Below are positions 38,887 through 51,640 of a stretch of 64,000 nucleotides of DNA, in pieces. The stretch's first letter is position 1, and the number at the start of each line of letters is the position of its first letter. Made by a program: the position numbers and the translations under genes. Source of the stretch: Paraspadella gotoi (taxonomy: Eukaryota > Animalia > Chaetognatha); the NCBI GenBank assembly GCA_051294375.1, contig CM119263.1:22095474-22159473 (forward strand), read 5' to 3'. Under the pieces are notes generated by a model. The model was not told the origin of the DNA. It saw only the letters and a program-made list of their open reading frames with translations, and did no database searches.

Positions 38887-39728
38887 TTACCTCGTCATTC
38901 AATCAAATATTTTTAAACTATAATGCTTGGCACGGCAACTTTAACTTGAGATTTAAAAGTTTTTCAACATTTTTTTAACATTTAGGCAATTTTTAAATTC
39001 TCTCAAGAACGCTCAAAATCCATTTCTTATCGCCAACTTTAATTGCCATTTTTGATTGTATTGGTCAATGATCACTTTCCACTTTCCATTTCTTTCTACT
39101 TCTCTTAAGCACTTTCAATTCTGCCTTTCAGAATCCTTTACGCCACTCTCGCTTTCCCTCTCTGCATCCGGTCGGCCACGCCCAATCCCAGAGCCTCACC
39201 CAACGCCATCTTTCTCCGTTCCGCTGCGAAGACAAATTAATCGTTAAAGTAGGGTCGTTTTTTCTTCTCTTCTTTGTTCTTTTGTCTTCTTTGGCGTCGT
39301 CGCCATTTTGTTTGTTGGAAACCGTTTGAGGAGGCAAAGTCGATGGAATCGGAAAATAAAGAGACTCACTCTTTTCTCTCTTTCTCACATATNNNNNNNN
39401 NNNNNNNNNNNNNNNNNGCCGCGGGTGAAAGCTCATCTCCCCCCCACCCCACCAGCTCGCTCCGATAACGTCATGCTTTAACGTGCCGCGCCGCTTGCCG
39501 TGACAAGTCGCGAGAGATCGACGCCGGATTTTCAATTAATGACGCGCGTCGGCGGAGTCTTAATCTCAGCGCTCCTCGCGGATGACGCGACAACAATCTC
39601 GTTGGTGATTAATTATCGGGGAGAGCGAAACAGTTCCGTCCACCTGAGAAGTATTAAGAGAGAGAGAGATGAGAGGGAGAGAGAGAGAGAGAGAAGAAGA
39701 GAGAGAGAGAGAGGAGAGAGGAGTAGAG

Positions 39729-39760
<32 letters not shown>

Positions 39761-40355
39761 GGGAGTGAGAGAGAGAGAGAGAGGGGTAAGAGAGAGAGAG
39801 AGATTAGAGAGATAAAGTGGCTGCAGAAAGAGAGAGAAAAGAGTGAGTCCGTCTTTATTTCCGAATTCCCAAGTCGACTTTTGCCTCCTCAAACGGTTTC
39901 CAACAAACAAAGATGGCGACGACGCCAAAGCAGACAAAGAACACAAAGAAGAGAAGAAAAAACGACCTACTTTAACGATTAATTTGTGCTTCGCAGCGGA
40001 ACGGAGAAAGATGGCGTTGGGTGAGGTGCTCTGGATTGGGCCGTCGGCCGAACCGGGGATGCGAGAGGGAAAGCGGAGAAGTGGCGTAAAGGATTCTGAA
40101 ACGCCGCAGATCATTGAAAGTGGCCTTAAGAGAAGTAGAAAGAAAATGGAAAGTGGGAAAGTGATGCATTGACCAATAACAATCAAAAATGGCAATTAAA
40201 GTTGGCGATAAGAAATGGATCTTTGCAGCGTTCTTGAGAGAATTTAAAAATTGCCTAAATGTTAAAAAAAATGTTGAAAAACTTTTAAATCTCAAGTTAA
40301 AGTTGCCGTGCACAAGCATTATAGTTTAAAAATATTAGATTGAATGACGAGGTAA
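38887..40355. repeat. Inverted repeat: 38887-~39390 is the noisy reverse complement of ~39826-40355, around an N25 gap
   Basis: ttacctcgtcattcaatc...cacggcaactttaacttgag at 38887 versus ctcaagttaaagttgccgtg...gattgaatgacgaggtaa ending at 40355. Confidence 0.9.
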
Positions 40356-40739
40356 TTTAACGATCGGCGAATGGTGACAAAAAGCGGTGAATTGACGGTG
40401 GACGAAAGAAAGCTCAACGGACGCAGCTGCGATTCGAGTTGAATGCATGAGTAAAGATTTCGGATTTCCGCGAGACGGCAATGAAAGAAAGATGGCATCA
40501 ATGCCACAGATGGCATGAATTCGGATCATGGAAATTTATCATTAAGTTCAAAACGATAGAAAAAATGGTCTAAGTACGTATACGTAAATGTGAGCTCAAT
40601 AAAAATTAAGTTGTGGATCTTTCTTTTTTTTCTCCTTGAATCGTGAGCAGGTGTGAGAGTTTTTTTGACCATCGAGGCGATAAAGAGAAAAATGACAACA
40701 AAAAAAGGCTATAAAACTAGTGAGAGAGAGAAGGAGACG

Positions 40740-40800
<61 letters not shown>

Positions 40801-41012
40801 AGAGAGAGATAGAGAGAAGAGAGAGAAGAGAGAGAAGGAAATGAGGGGAGTATATCGGAGAGCGGCAACTTCCACCAGCGGAAGCAGATGTAATCTCTCG
40901 AGAGCCAAAGGTGCAAAAGGAAATATAGATAAAAAAGAAACGGAGAGAGAGAGAAGAGAGAGAGAGAGAGGAGAGAGAGAAAGAGAGAGAGAGAGAGATA
41001 GAGAGAGAGAGA

Positions 41013-41051
<39 letters not shown>

Positions 41052-42014
41052 CTTGGGGTAAACAAATCCTGGGCTTGAAGGGACAGGAAAGAAATGGGAA
41101 GAAAAGGGGGAGAGATAAAAAGATAACTACGGCATGAGGTTTATCAGTTTGAAGGAGGCGGATAAGGGGTGGATGAAAAATCACGACAAACTTTCCGATG
41201 TACTAAATGAGGCAGCAGAAAAACGGTGCATTGACGTTGCCCCGGCACATCGTTAATGCAAACAAAGTGAGCGTAACTTGATCAACGCTTCGCGATCTGG
41301 CCAAAATTTTGAAAAAATGTCGTCGCGTTTCTCACAGAATCGTAAACTTGTGAAAAAAAGTGAAACCGCACCGAGTGGACGATCACAACTATGATGGCAA
41401 TTTTAATAACTAGCATGGAAGAGATATGGCGCCCGGTAGGCCCAAGACTAGACGCCTATATGACAATTCCGTCCCAGAGCGGACGAGGGAACTTGAACAG
41501 TATCGTCCAGAACTGTCTCTCGATCATCTCATCTCGTTCATTCTCTCCCTCTCTCTTCCTCTCATCCCGTCGTCTATCTATCTCTCTCCGGACGTGTGAG
41601 CATGTATTAATAAATTTTCTTCCGGTACATCGCCCGGTATTCTCGTTCACCGCTCAGTATCTCAGTCTCTGTCACTTCTCCTTTTTCTCTTTCGGCGCCT
41701 TAGGGGACTGAGGAAGTTTGTGGCTTCATAGTGGACAGCTGGTAAGCCGGAGGGAAAACAATTTGCGTGAGCAAATGGACGGAGAAAGAAAGGGAACTGG
41801 CAAATGGTAAAATGGAAAAAAAAAGAATTGGAGGAAAGGGATGATGAAGAAGAGAAAGAAAAAAAAAATAGTGCTAAGGCGAATACGCGGAAAGTGGGAA
41901 AGTGGTTTTTAATTTAATAGAAAACGGTTTTTTATTGATTCCGGTTGTATGAAGATTTAAAATGATTTAAATAACTAGAGAGAGAATTAAAATCAGAAAG
42001 GAAGAGAGGAGAGA

Positions 42015-42053
<39 letters not shown>

Positions 42054-44970
42054 CAGAGAGAGAGAGAGAGAGACTAAGAGAAGTGATAAAAATCGAGGAG
42101 AAGAGAAAGAGCGAAGGGGCGGTGGAGAATGTAGCGGAGAAAATGTGAAAAGAGAATAGCGAAAAAGGGAGGATAAGCGCGCGTAAAACAACCATGAAAT
42201 TGGCAATGAAGTAAAAACGCGCCAGCGTTTCGGACTTTGACATGATAAGTAGTTTAATACATAATTCAAGCGTCTGTGAAGGAGAGAGAGAATAGAGATA
42301 GAGAATTAGAGAGCTCTCGTCTGTCATCCGTTATGATTCCCCGGAGGTCGGCGATCGACAAAGAAAATTGTCTCTTCCCGCGATGCGGAACCCGACGAGA
42401 GGAAACTCGTCTCCGCGGATGCGGCCGACGAGAAACCCGTCTATGAGCCAATCGCGAAGGCTTGAAAAAAAAATAAATTTTTTATTATAAAAAGCGCGGA
42501 AAGGCCTCTCAAAAAAAACGGAAGCCACTGTAATGGGATATAAAACGGAGAATGAGGCTTAATGACGTTGGAATAATATCAAATGGGGTGTATTGAGGGC
42601 GTATGGCTTTTTCGCCAAGTGACCCCGGTTAAAACGCGACCTTATTTTTTGAGAAAAGGGAGGCGGAGGTAAGAGGCGGCGGGGTGAGCAACCTAAAGAG
42701 CGGGGAAGCGACGTTAACGCAATGAAAATGAGTGGTAATAAAAAAGGGCTTACAAGTCGGCGAGATAAAATACAAGGGGGGGGACAATTTAGGATAATGG
42801 AAGAACTGATTGGAATGGAAAAGAAAAGAACGACAATCAGTGGAAGCAAAGGAAACGAAAAGGAGTATTCAGAGCAAGAGAGGATTGGAGGAATTGAGAA
42901 TCTAGGTACTCGACTTAGGGATAATGTTCTCAAATAGAAAACCACACTGTTTTTAGTCGCATTGAGGTACAACAATTATCGAATTAATTTCTTTTTTTCT
43001 TAGTATAAGCAATTCGTTAGTGGGATTTACAAGAGCATTTTTATTATTTCTTTGGTCAATATTTCCGATTATTATGGAGGAAATATTTCAAGGCAAGTCC
43101 AGAGTGATAAATGATGGACTTGCCTTGAAAAAAATGTTCGTCCGAAAGAATCGGAAAATTGGAAAAAAAAATCGCCACTCACGAAATTGCTTAATATTTA
43201 ATTAATGTCCCCTGCTTGCATGTGATGTGAACCAACTTTTTTCAAAATTCGTTCCTCCGCGGCGAACGTTGTGGCGAAACAAAACGTTTTAGAACTCAGA
43301 TTGAAATTGAATTGTTCTTTTCAGATAGTCGTGATTTTAAAAATTTTTAGTCATCTAGGAAACACGGCCGTCAAGCGACGCGGGAAAAACAATTGAGCGG
43401 CGTCAATAACAATACGCCGATCAGCCGAGGCCTCCTGCCGCCGCCAAAGAACCACGTCGCAAGAATTACTAGCATTATTTGCATTGATTTTCATTTCATC
43501 GCGAAACGCAAAAAAAAAAACCAAAAACAAAGAATAAAAAACAACAAAAATAAAAAAAAAAAAAAACCAAGACCTTTCCCAACAATCCCATGGATTATTT
43601 ATATTTTCTTAATACCTGTTATAAATTTTTAATAACGATCTCGCTACTCACATTTCTGCAACTTTCCACGTGACATTTCACGATATCGTTATAAATTTTT
43701 TTCGCCTCAACCTTCGCCTCGATCGCCCGCGAAGTCACGGAAAATTTCGAAAATCCTACTGCAGCGAACTAGATTCTCGTTCCGGCGACTTCTTTTGTCC
43801 CTTTCATGCATAAGATCGGTTTCGCCGTGTTGCGCTAATTTGCGGCCGAATATTGGGAAGTTCGGAAGGTTTTTTTTCATTTATTAATAATTGGTTGAAT
43901 TTTTTTTTTAATCATTTTTGAATTAAGAAGAAATGAGGGAAAATTTCTTCCAAAAACGTGATTCATGTCAGAGAAAGAAAACGAGAAAAGCGAGAAACGG
44001 AAAACGAGAAACGACAAAAAGAACAGAAAAAGAAAATAAACCAGAATAAGCAGAAAAAAAAAAGCCATTATAGTGCGTCAATGGTAACACGTGGCTACTA
44101 AAGGCGTAGTGAAAGATTTGCAGAATCAAAATTCGAATAGTTGTGTCATGACTTGAAAACAGTCTTGTACTAAAGAATATTAATATATAACATTTTTTTT
44201 TAAAATTTATCATTTTTCGCATGATCGCCCTACATTTATCATAGTTACTTACCTTATAAAGATGTCAAAATTTGTTAAAAATAGTGTTTTTTTTTTAGTT
44301 TTGAAAAAGGCAGATGCGGAATCCGTCACATAAAAAGTTGATAAAGAAAATATAAGTTTTTTTAATCAAAGTTCGTTCATTAAGTTAGCTAAAATTTAAA
44401 AAACTATATTTTTTTTTTATTACTAAACATTAAAATAAGTTAAAACTATAAACAATTTTTTATGATTTTGACTGCTTTTAATAAATTAATTTTCTAAAAC
44501 AGAAGAGTTATATTTTCTTTTTATATCAACTTTTTCGTGAGGAAATTTCGAGATCTGCTTGTCCAAAAATAGGAAAAACCATTATACAAATTTTAGAATT
44601 TTTGTATGGTGAGTAAATATTTAATAAATAAGGGCGGTATGCGAAGATTAGAAGATAGTGAAAATAAATCTTTTTTATAAAAATATTTCAACTGGTCCAA
44701 GCCCTGTTCATGATCGCGCAACGTTCGTGGCTACTCAACGGTGACGATGACGATGACGGGATGACGAAACAGCGTCGACGGCGACGTCCTTTGGAAGACG
44801 ACGACGCACGACGACGGGGACGAAGACTGGTGACGGGGCGGCGGGTCGACGACACATTTGACGAATTTCCCGACGTTCGAAACGACTTGCGCTCCGGAGG
44901 AAATCAACCGCTCAAAAATTTTATAGCCTCACAAACTGTTTTCCAGGGAAGAGATAAAGAGAGATCAGAT

Positions 44971-45031
<61 letters not shown>

Positions 45032-45246
45032 CGAGAGAGAGAGAGAGAGAAAGAGAGAGACTAATAAAGACATAGACAAACACCACTTTGAAGAAATGAC
45101 CTTCTCATGAAACAAACAAACCAAAGTTATAAAAGATGGCAATTTACTGAATTTCGTTATTTTAACAATTTTTGTTTGAGTTTCCAAGGAATTTTTAAAT
45201 GAATACATTTTCATGACAGCTTCATACTCATTTTGCGTTTCACAAT

Positions 45247-46567
45247 TCATTCTTATCGAATTCCAAAATGAATCTGTTGTCCGCAATCCAGTAGCGATGC
45301 GTTTCCATTTTTTTATTCGCCATCCACATCTCCCGCAAAAATGCTCTTTCCGTTGATGTTGTCCGGATTGATTGATGTCGCCAGATTGCTCCATTTATAC
45401 GGTTTGACTTTCGGTGGAGGAATACAGCTGAAGTCCCATGTATTGTCTGGTATAAACCCTAAATTAAAATTGTTCATTAATTAAATAAACAAGCTAGTAC
45501 GGCCGCCATCACTTCTTACAATAATAATAGCAAAGCAAGATCCGACACGCTTTCAATCAAGACTCTCTAAAAGTATTGCTTAGGTAATATGTAATAACCA
45601 TGGCTTCTCTTAAATATATTTTTTTACTGCTTTGGACCAGGAGCTGTGCACTTCAATTCACATTTTTTGGAATTTTTTGATTTTTTTGTTAATTTTTTTA
45701 CGGACTCCAAAAAAAAGGTGCCACATAAAATGGTTAAGAACCGACTAATATCCGACTATTAATGATAATGCCGCTACTTTTTTTTCAAAAATGCTCCTTT
45801 TACATACATAATTTCATGATACATTTGATTAATTTTAAATAATAAACTTTAATCAGTTAAGCAAAGTAATCTTGAAATTTTGATCCAGCATATCCGGTCT
45901 AACTGACAATGTCCCTTTTATGACCTACCCATGTCTTGAAGCCGATCCCACCAGCCGGTCATGCCGTGTTCGCCTCTTCTCACCTTCCAACTTTGAGAAT
46001 TGATGTTCAGTCCTCGCTCCTCAACCAAAAACGAGATGGCCTCCCTTTTCCATGCAGTAGTGTCAGCGGCGAACCATCTCATCGGAGTCTCCACGACCAT
46101 GTTAGCAACTCTTTGGCTGAGAGAGGGCGGGCAGAAAAAGCCGGAGGCGGCCTGTTGAGGTGCTGGGTTCCAGCGTTTCCGAGAAGAGCCTTTCAGAATT
46201 TTGGATATGGGTGGTTGAAAGAATGCGAAAAAAGGCGTCTCGTTAATTGTAAATCGCTTGAGCGAATTATTATGTACAATTGGTATATTTACGATAAAAT
46301 GTTACCAGATCTTCTGTAAGATTTAAAGGTTAATCTGTTCGCTGAATAGTTCAATATTCAAATATTAAAAAAAAAAACAAATAAAAAAACCTCAACTGTG
46401 TGATTCCTATCGACGGTCCTCTGCTCCCTTTCTATGTTGTCAGTTTGGTGTTGAGCTCCGCGCATTGCCTGCCGAGACGCAGACGCCGTACAAATAATTT
46501 TTCCGACGACCGTTGGCGAACGCCGGCCATCGCCGCCACAATCGTCAAAAGTCGCCGTCAACCACAT
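45247..46567 (-). pseudogene. Second frameshifted inverted copy of lectin 2 (probably assembly artefact)
   Basis: Same sequence and same lesions as 34013-35333 at offset +11234. Confidence 0.6.
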
Positions 46568-49074
46568 TTTGAGGAACAAAAATTAGAAAAGTCGCAATAA
46601 AAGTGAGGAAAGAGCGCGGAAATCGTTTGCTTTTGACGATTTGTGTCGGAGGAATGGACAAGAGTCGCCCCACTAATTTATTAGTAGGGGAGGAAGACAT
46701 TCACCTTTTTAAGTGATAGCAAATCCGAGGTGACAGGTTGAAAAGGAAACTAAGGAAGTTGACATTGAGTTGTTTGAGTTTTAAAGAAGTATGGCTCCCA
46801 AAAAAGGAAAGAAAAGAAAAAAGAATAGACGCGGGTTCGTGGGTTCGGCGATCTGCAGATCTAGCGGCACTTTTTTTAATTAAATAATCGGAAGTTTGCT
46901 ATTCCTAATTGTGTGAATTTCTACAATTTCGTTGTGGCGTTTGGATTTAGCCATAAGAAAATCTTTTGTTTCGACACAAGCGAAGTTTTATTTATTAAAA
47001 CAACAAAAAGACTTTCGTGATTTTATATCTCCAAATTTAAAGACATTGCCCTTCAATTCTATTTTGTAAAGTGAAAAAAGAAAAGAAAAAAACCAGCTAC
47101 GTATGACGGTGTAGTATTATTATCAATCAATGAACATATGGCAAAAGAAATATTCGAGTCACTAGCACTGATTCGGTAGTCAATTGATCAAATAACGCAG
47201 GCGCCTTCTTTCCCCTTGTTTACCCATAAATTTTTAAATTTGAATCCTTGTAAACTCACTTTGTCTGAATCTTATTTACTACGGCTTTCTTTCTTTTGCA
47301 ATTGTTTTCTTTTTTTCTATTTTTTTCTTTGTTTGTTTTTTCTTTCTTATTTTTTTTCTTTTTGGCCTTTCAAACTGTTTTTTCTTTCTTTCTTTTAATT
47401 TTTTTCTTTTTTTCTTTCTGCTATAAATACCCAATTACCCATCCCTCACATAACTTTTACAGCGCAACAACAATAATCATACGGCTAATACGTATTTGAG
47501 TTAGAGACACGCCCTTCATAGGAACACACCAAATCTGCATAGAACTTCAAAAAGGGTCAACTTAAAAAAAAATGGTCTAGGTCGCAGGGAATTGGGAGAT
47601 TTATCGTCTTTATGTCTTCTATATAAAATATAATAATATACAGAATGGCAGAGATTCTTTCTTGTCCACTTTGTCTCATGGGTTCTATTTTGAGATTCAA
47701 CAAACCAACATGAAACGGAGGGGGAAAAATTGTTCAAAATATAACGATTTAAAATTTTCTAAAAAAATGTTGAATTAAATTTTACGTCAATCATTTCTGA
47801 CAAGATTTTCGTGTTTTCTCACTGTTTGGGATTTAGGTAAATCCTTTTGAGGTTCCCTTTGAAGCCTGCCCTTTTTTATAAGATTTTTTGAATGCAGTAT
47901 CGACCTCACCTTAAATACATATTTTTTTGTTTACAACAGGATTATATTTATTTAAACATATTTTAATGTATGAAAATCTTGCGCTGGCCACTTATGTTTG
48001 ATAATCAATGATGAGAATGTCAAACATTTTCTTTAGAAGCCCCTAAAAAATTAGGGCACCAAAACGGTTTATGATAGAAGAAAAAAGGGACTATATTGGA
48101 CTAAGTTAAATTTTTTTGGATCGATATCAAAAAACGTCTGGAAAATCTAACAGCAATTACTGTAAATGATGCTTTTTGTATAACATGTCGAAAATTCTTC
48201 TCGCCGCTTCCTTTCAAAATTTAAGCAAATTTTGGCAAATTTAAGCAAATTCTGACTTTTGGTCGCGCAGATTTTCTGACTGCAATCCCCTGATTGATGA
48301 AAATGTAGAATACAAGAGAAAATGTTCCACGCATCTCCTCTATAACTGTCAACCTGCAACAATAAGGACAGAACATGACAGCATTCTAACGGTGCGGTCC
48401 CAAAAGTATATGCCGCCTTCCACTGAGAACTTAGAAAGATCATGATTGCGGATTTGAATCTTTTAATTGATTGTGATATCATTACAACTTTTTACAAGTG
48501 TTCCAATTTTCATTCAATTTTTTTTTATTATTAAGTATTCGCAGTCCCTGAGCCTCGGATCAGGACGTAACACCATGTTCAGGCGGGTAAGGAATGGCGA
48601 CCACCGGGCTAGAACCAGGACCTCTTGATTGGGGTCGAATGACTTGCCTCCTGCACTAATGCCGCTGATAAACGGTCCACCATAACGAAAAAAGAGAGAG
48701 CGAGACAAGTAATTTCTTAGACAACATATGCCGAAAATTAGGTAACTTATCTTAAGTTTTTTGTGGAAGACGATGCCGCGAGCAGTTCACCGTCCGTTGC
48801 ACACACGGTCCTCCAGTGGGTAGACACCCCGTCCCGCTTTTACTTGTGTTAATCAGGAGGGCGCGAAACGCGATCTTTGGGTTGGGAGGAGCTCGTGCTA
48901 CCACCGCGCCAAAGGTGCTGCTGATTCGCGGACGAGTACGGGGTATGAAATACTACCTCTACATCTTGAACTATTTTTTTCCCACAAAACGAATGAAGCT
49001 TCATGAAATTAAACTATATTTGCGAGAATATCATGTATAAATTTAGCATTCAATTACTATTTTAATTCAAGCTT

Positions 49075-50048
49075 TCATTGTTTGTCGTATTCGCAGATGA
49101 AGCGCCCTCCTTTGAAGTCTGGCCGTGGCATCGTTCCACCTCCTGTTGCGTTCCAGATTTCCGCCCAGTGCTCTTTGCCTGGTTGTCGTCCGGTTGTCCG
49201 TTGTCCAGAATGTGTAGGTCACGTCTTTTTCTCCGTGGCGGATCTCCAAGTGTAATGACCGTGTGACCTAGTATTAAATAGCGGTTAAGCAATTATAATG
49301 CCATTTATAACATACATAATTACTTTTTTTCAAAATTAGATATTATGATTTAACTTTACTGAAAGACATTTCCTATAGACACACAGACAGACGAACAGAA
49401 CAACCAAAAATAGTCAACAACGATTCGCAACACAGCCAGATAGATCATTGTTCGTCGAAAGCCGTAACCCATGTCGGAAGCTCCGATCCACCACGGGTCG
49501 TTTCCGTAGCCCTGTAGTCGATCTGTTCCCTGAGGAAGTCCATCTCGTGTTGATCTTCGATGAAGACGAGATGGGATCCATTTCTCCGCAGGTTGGAAAG
49601 CCTCGAACCACCCGTCTTGTCCTCCACGAACATGTAGCAGCTCTGCGGACGAGACCGCTGGCAGAAGAATCCTCGCGGACGGTCCGGAAAATAGATTTAC
49701 GAGGTGTCCATGGAAGTCCTGGTTGTTTATTGATAAAATTAAAGAATATATTAAGTCTTTTAAGTCTTTTACGATAAAATAAAATTATGGCCTAAATGGA
49801 AATTAGATCCTTGAAATCATTCACTGACAGCAAATTTAGATGTCAGTAACGTGCATGTCATTAAATAAAAAATAAAACTTACCTTTCGGCTGCCCCGCTG
49901 GCATCGAGATCGTTGAGCTTCTGTTCCAAGTGGCCCAGTTTTTCCTCACGCTTTAAGGCTCTAGAGACGCCGACTCCCTGGCAGGTTTCGAAGGCCGACG
50001 CACCGAGGCCAGCGCAGCCACCACCGACAAAGTCGCCGTTAACCACAT
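49075..50048 (-). pseudogene. Second frameshifted inverted copy of lectin 1 (probably assembly artefact)
   Basis: Same sequence and same lesions as 37841-38814 at offset +11234. Confidence 0.6.
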
Positions 50049-51164
50049 TTGTTGCGGAAAGAAAAAAACCAGAGAAAATAAAAGAACAAAAAAAACAAAA
50101 AAAACTTCGAGCCAAAAGTGGGGGGGGAGATGAGCTTTCCTCCGCGCCGATGACAAACGGGAGGAACGATTCACCGGGATGGCTTTTTGTTTAGATGCCG
50201 TCGAAGCGACGCGGAGCGGATAAAAGGGCGAACGAAATGAAAATAAACAAAAGTCATGACGAAATTGGGAGGACGAGAAAAAGAGAGCGCGAGGATATGA
50301 ATTGGAATCGAATATACGAGTGAAGGATTATTTGAGAAGAGAGGAAATGAAGAAAAGACAGATTCAGAAAGTGTGGGGTTTAATTTGCGTATTTGGAAAA
50401 AAAATAAATTTTAAGTATTTTATCTAGAGTATGAATTGTCAAAAAAACAGTATAGAAAATACGCTGGACGTCGAGAAGAATAAACAAACGCGTAAAACAA
50501 ACGCGTAAAACAAGCTGTCCCCTTGAAGAACTCTTAGCGATATGTAGGCGTTTTGGGTTTTTCTTATCCTTCCTCTCCCATTCCTCTTCCTCCTACCCCT
50601 CCTCCTCCGCCTCTTCCTCATCCGTCCCTCTCCTCTTCATCTTCTTCCCCGCCTCCGCATTTTCCACCGCCGTCTGGTCCCGTCCCCACGGATCATCTCC
50701 GAATCCCAAACAGCTAATGAGCGTCTCCTTCGCAGCCCGAGTGACCCGGACGTTGCACCCGGATGTGTGTGGATGTAAAGAGCTATCATTGATGGGGGGC
50801 GAAGGACGAGATGGTTTCTCGTCCGGTTTTAGCAACAAAGTCGAAGAGAGAAGGCGAAAGTTAGGAAAAGTGGGAAAAAATAGAGACGCTTCTCTCAATG
50901 AGACCACAACGAAATAATTTCCCATCTCATCCGAGGCTTTAAACTTAATGAAGTAATTTTCAAAGTGATAATATTCGTGTCAAATTGTGATATGAATATG
51001 AGACCTTATTTTTTTGCGACAGAAATTTATATAAAACACTTTCATTTTTCACATCTGTCTGCCATTCTACAAAACTTTTTTTCCACTTTTCCTTTTTGCA
51101 TCTATTTCTCTTATTCTTTTTACTACCAAAACAAAAAAAATTAGAAATTTCTATCTTTTCCTGA

Positions 51165-51205
<41 letters not shown>

Positions 51206-51594
51206 TGCTCTCCAAAGAAATCAGAGACCCTACCTCTCACTCACCTCTTTCTGTTTCCATTTCGGACCAGTAAGCTTTCCTTAAACCCGTAAGTGAGTGA
51301 GAGTGATTAATCGCTCCCGATCGCTTCCGTATGCAACGGATTTAAAACAGTTAAAATCATTTACATACTTCTTTTGTAACCCCCCGGATGCAATAGAATA
51401 GTTTACGATTTTCCGTATGGGGTCGAGATTCATTCTCGGAAATCGATAAGAGCGGCTCGAGGCGCTGTGGGCGGCTGAAATCCGATGTGAAACCAATATT
51501 GTCGCGATTGAGGAGGAGAAAAAAGGGTGAGGGCGAGGTAAGTAAAAAAGAGTGAGGAAGCTCGAGTCAAGTGAACATAGAACCAAGTATTGAC

Positions 51595-51640
<46 letters not shown>

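Larger units (their letters stand above)
40356..50120 (-). repeat. 9.8-kb inverted duplicate of 19780-29096 (copy 2), direct repeat of 29122-38886
   Basis: ORFs wholly inside 29122-38886 recur with identical translation at a constant offset of 11234 (e.g. 30157/41391, 33476/44710, 38214/49448). Confidence 0.97.

Noticed and set aside
29122-50120. Genuine expanded or palindromic lectin gene array, or a diversity-generating cassette system
   Set aside because: The two extra blocks share identical lesions, differences are indel-dominated and not focused on binding loops, no recombinase or reverse transcriptase is present, and the junctions resolve to a single-copy path.
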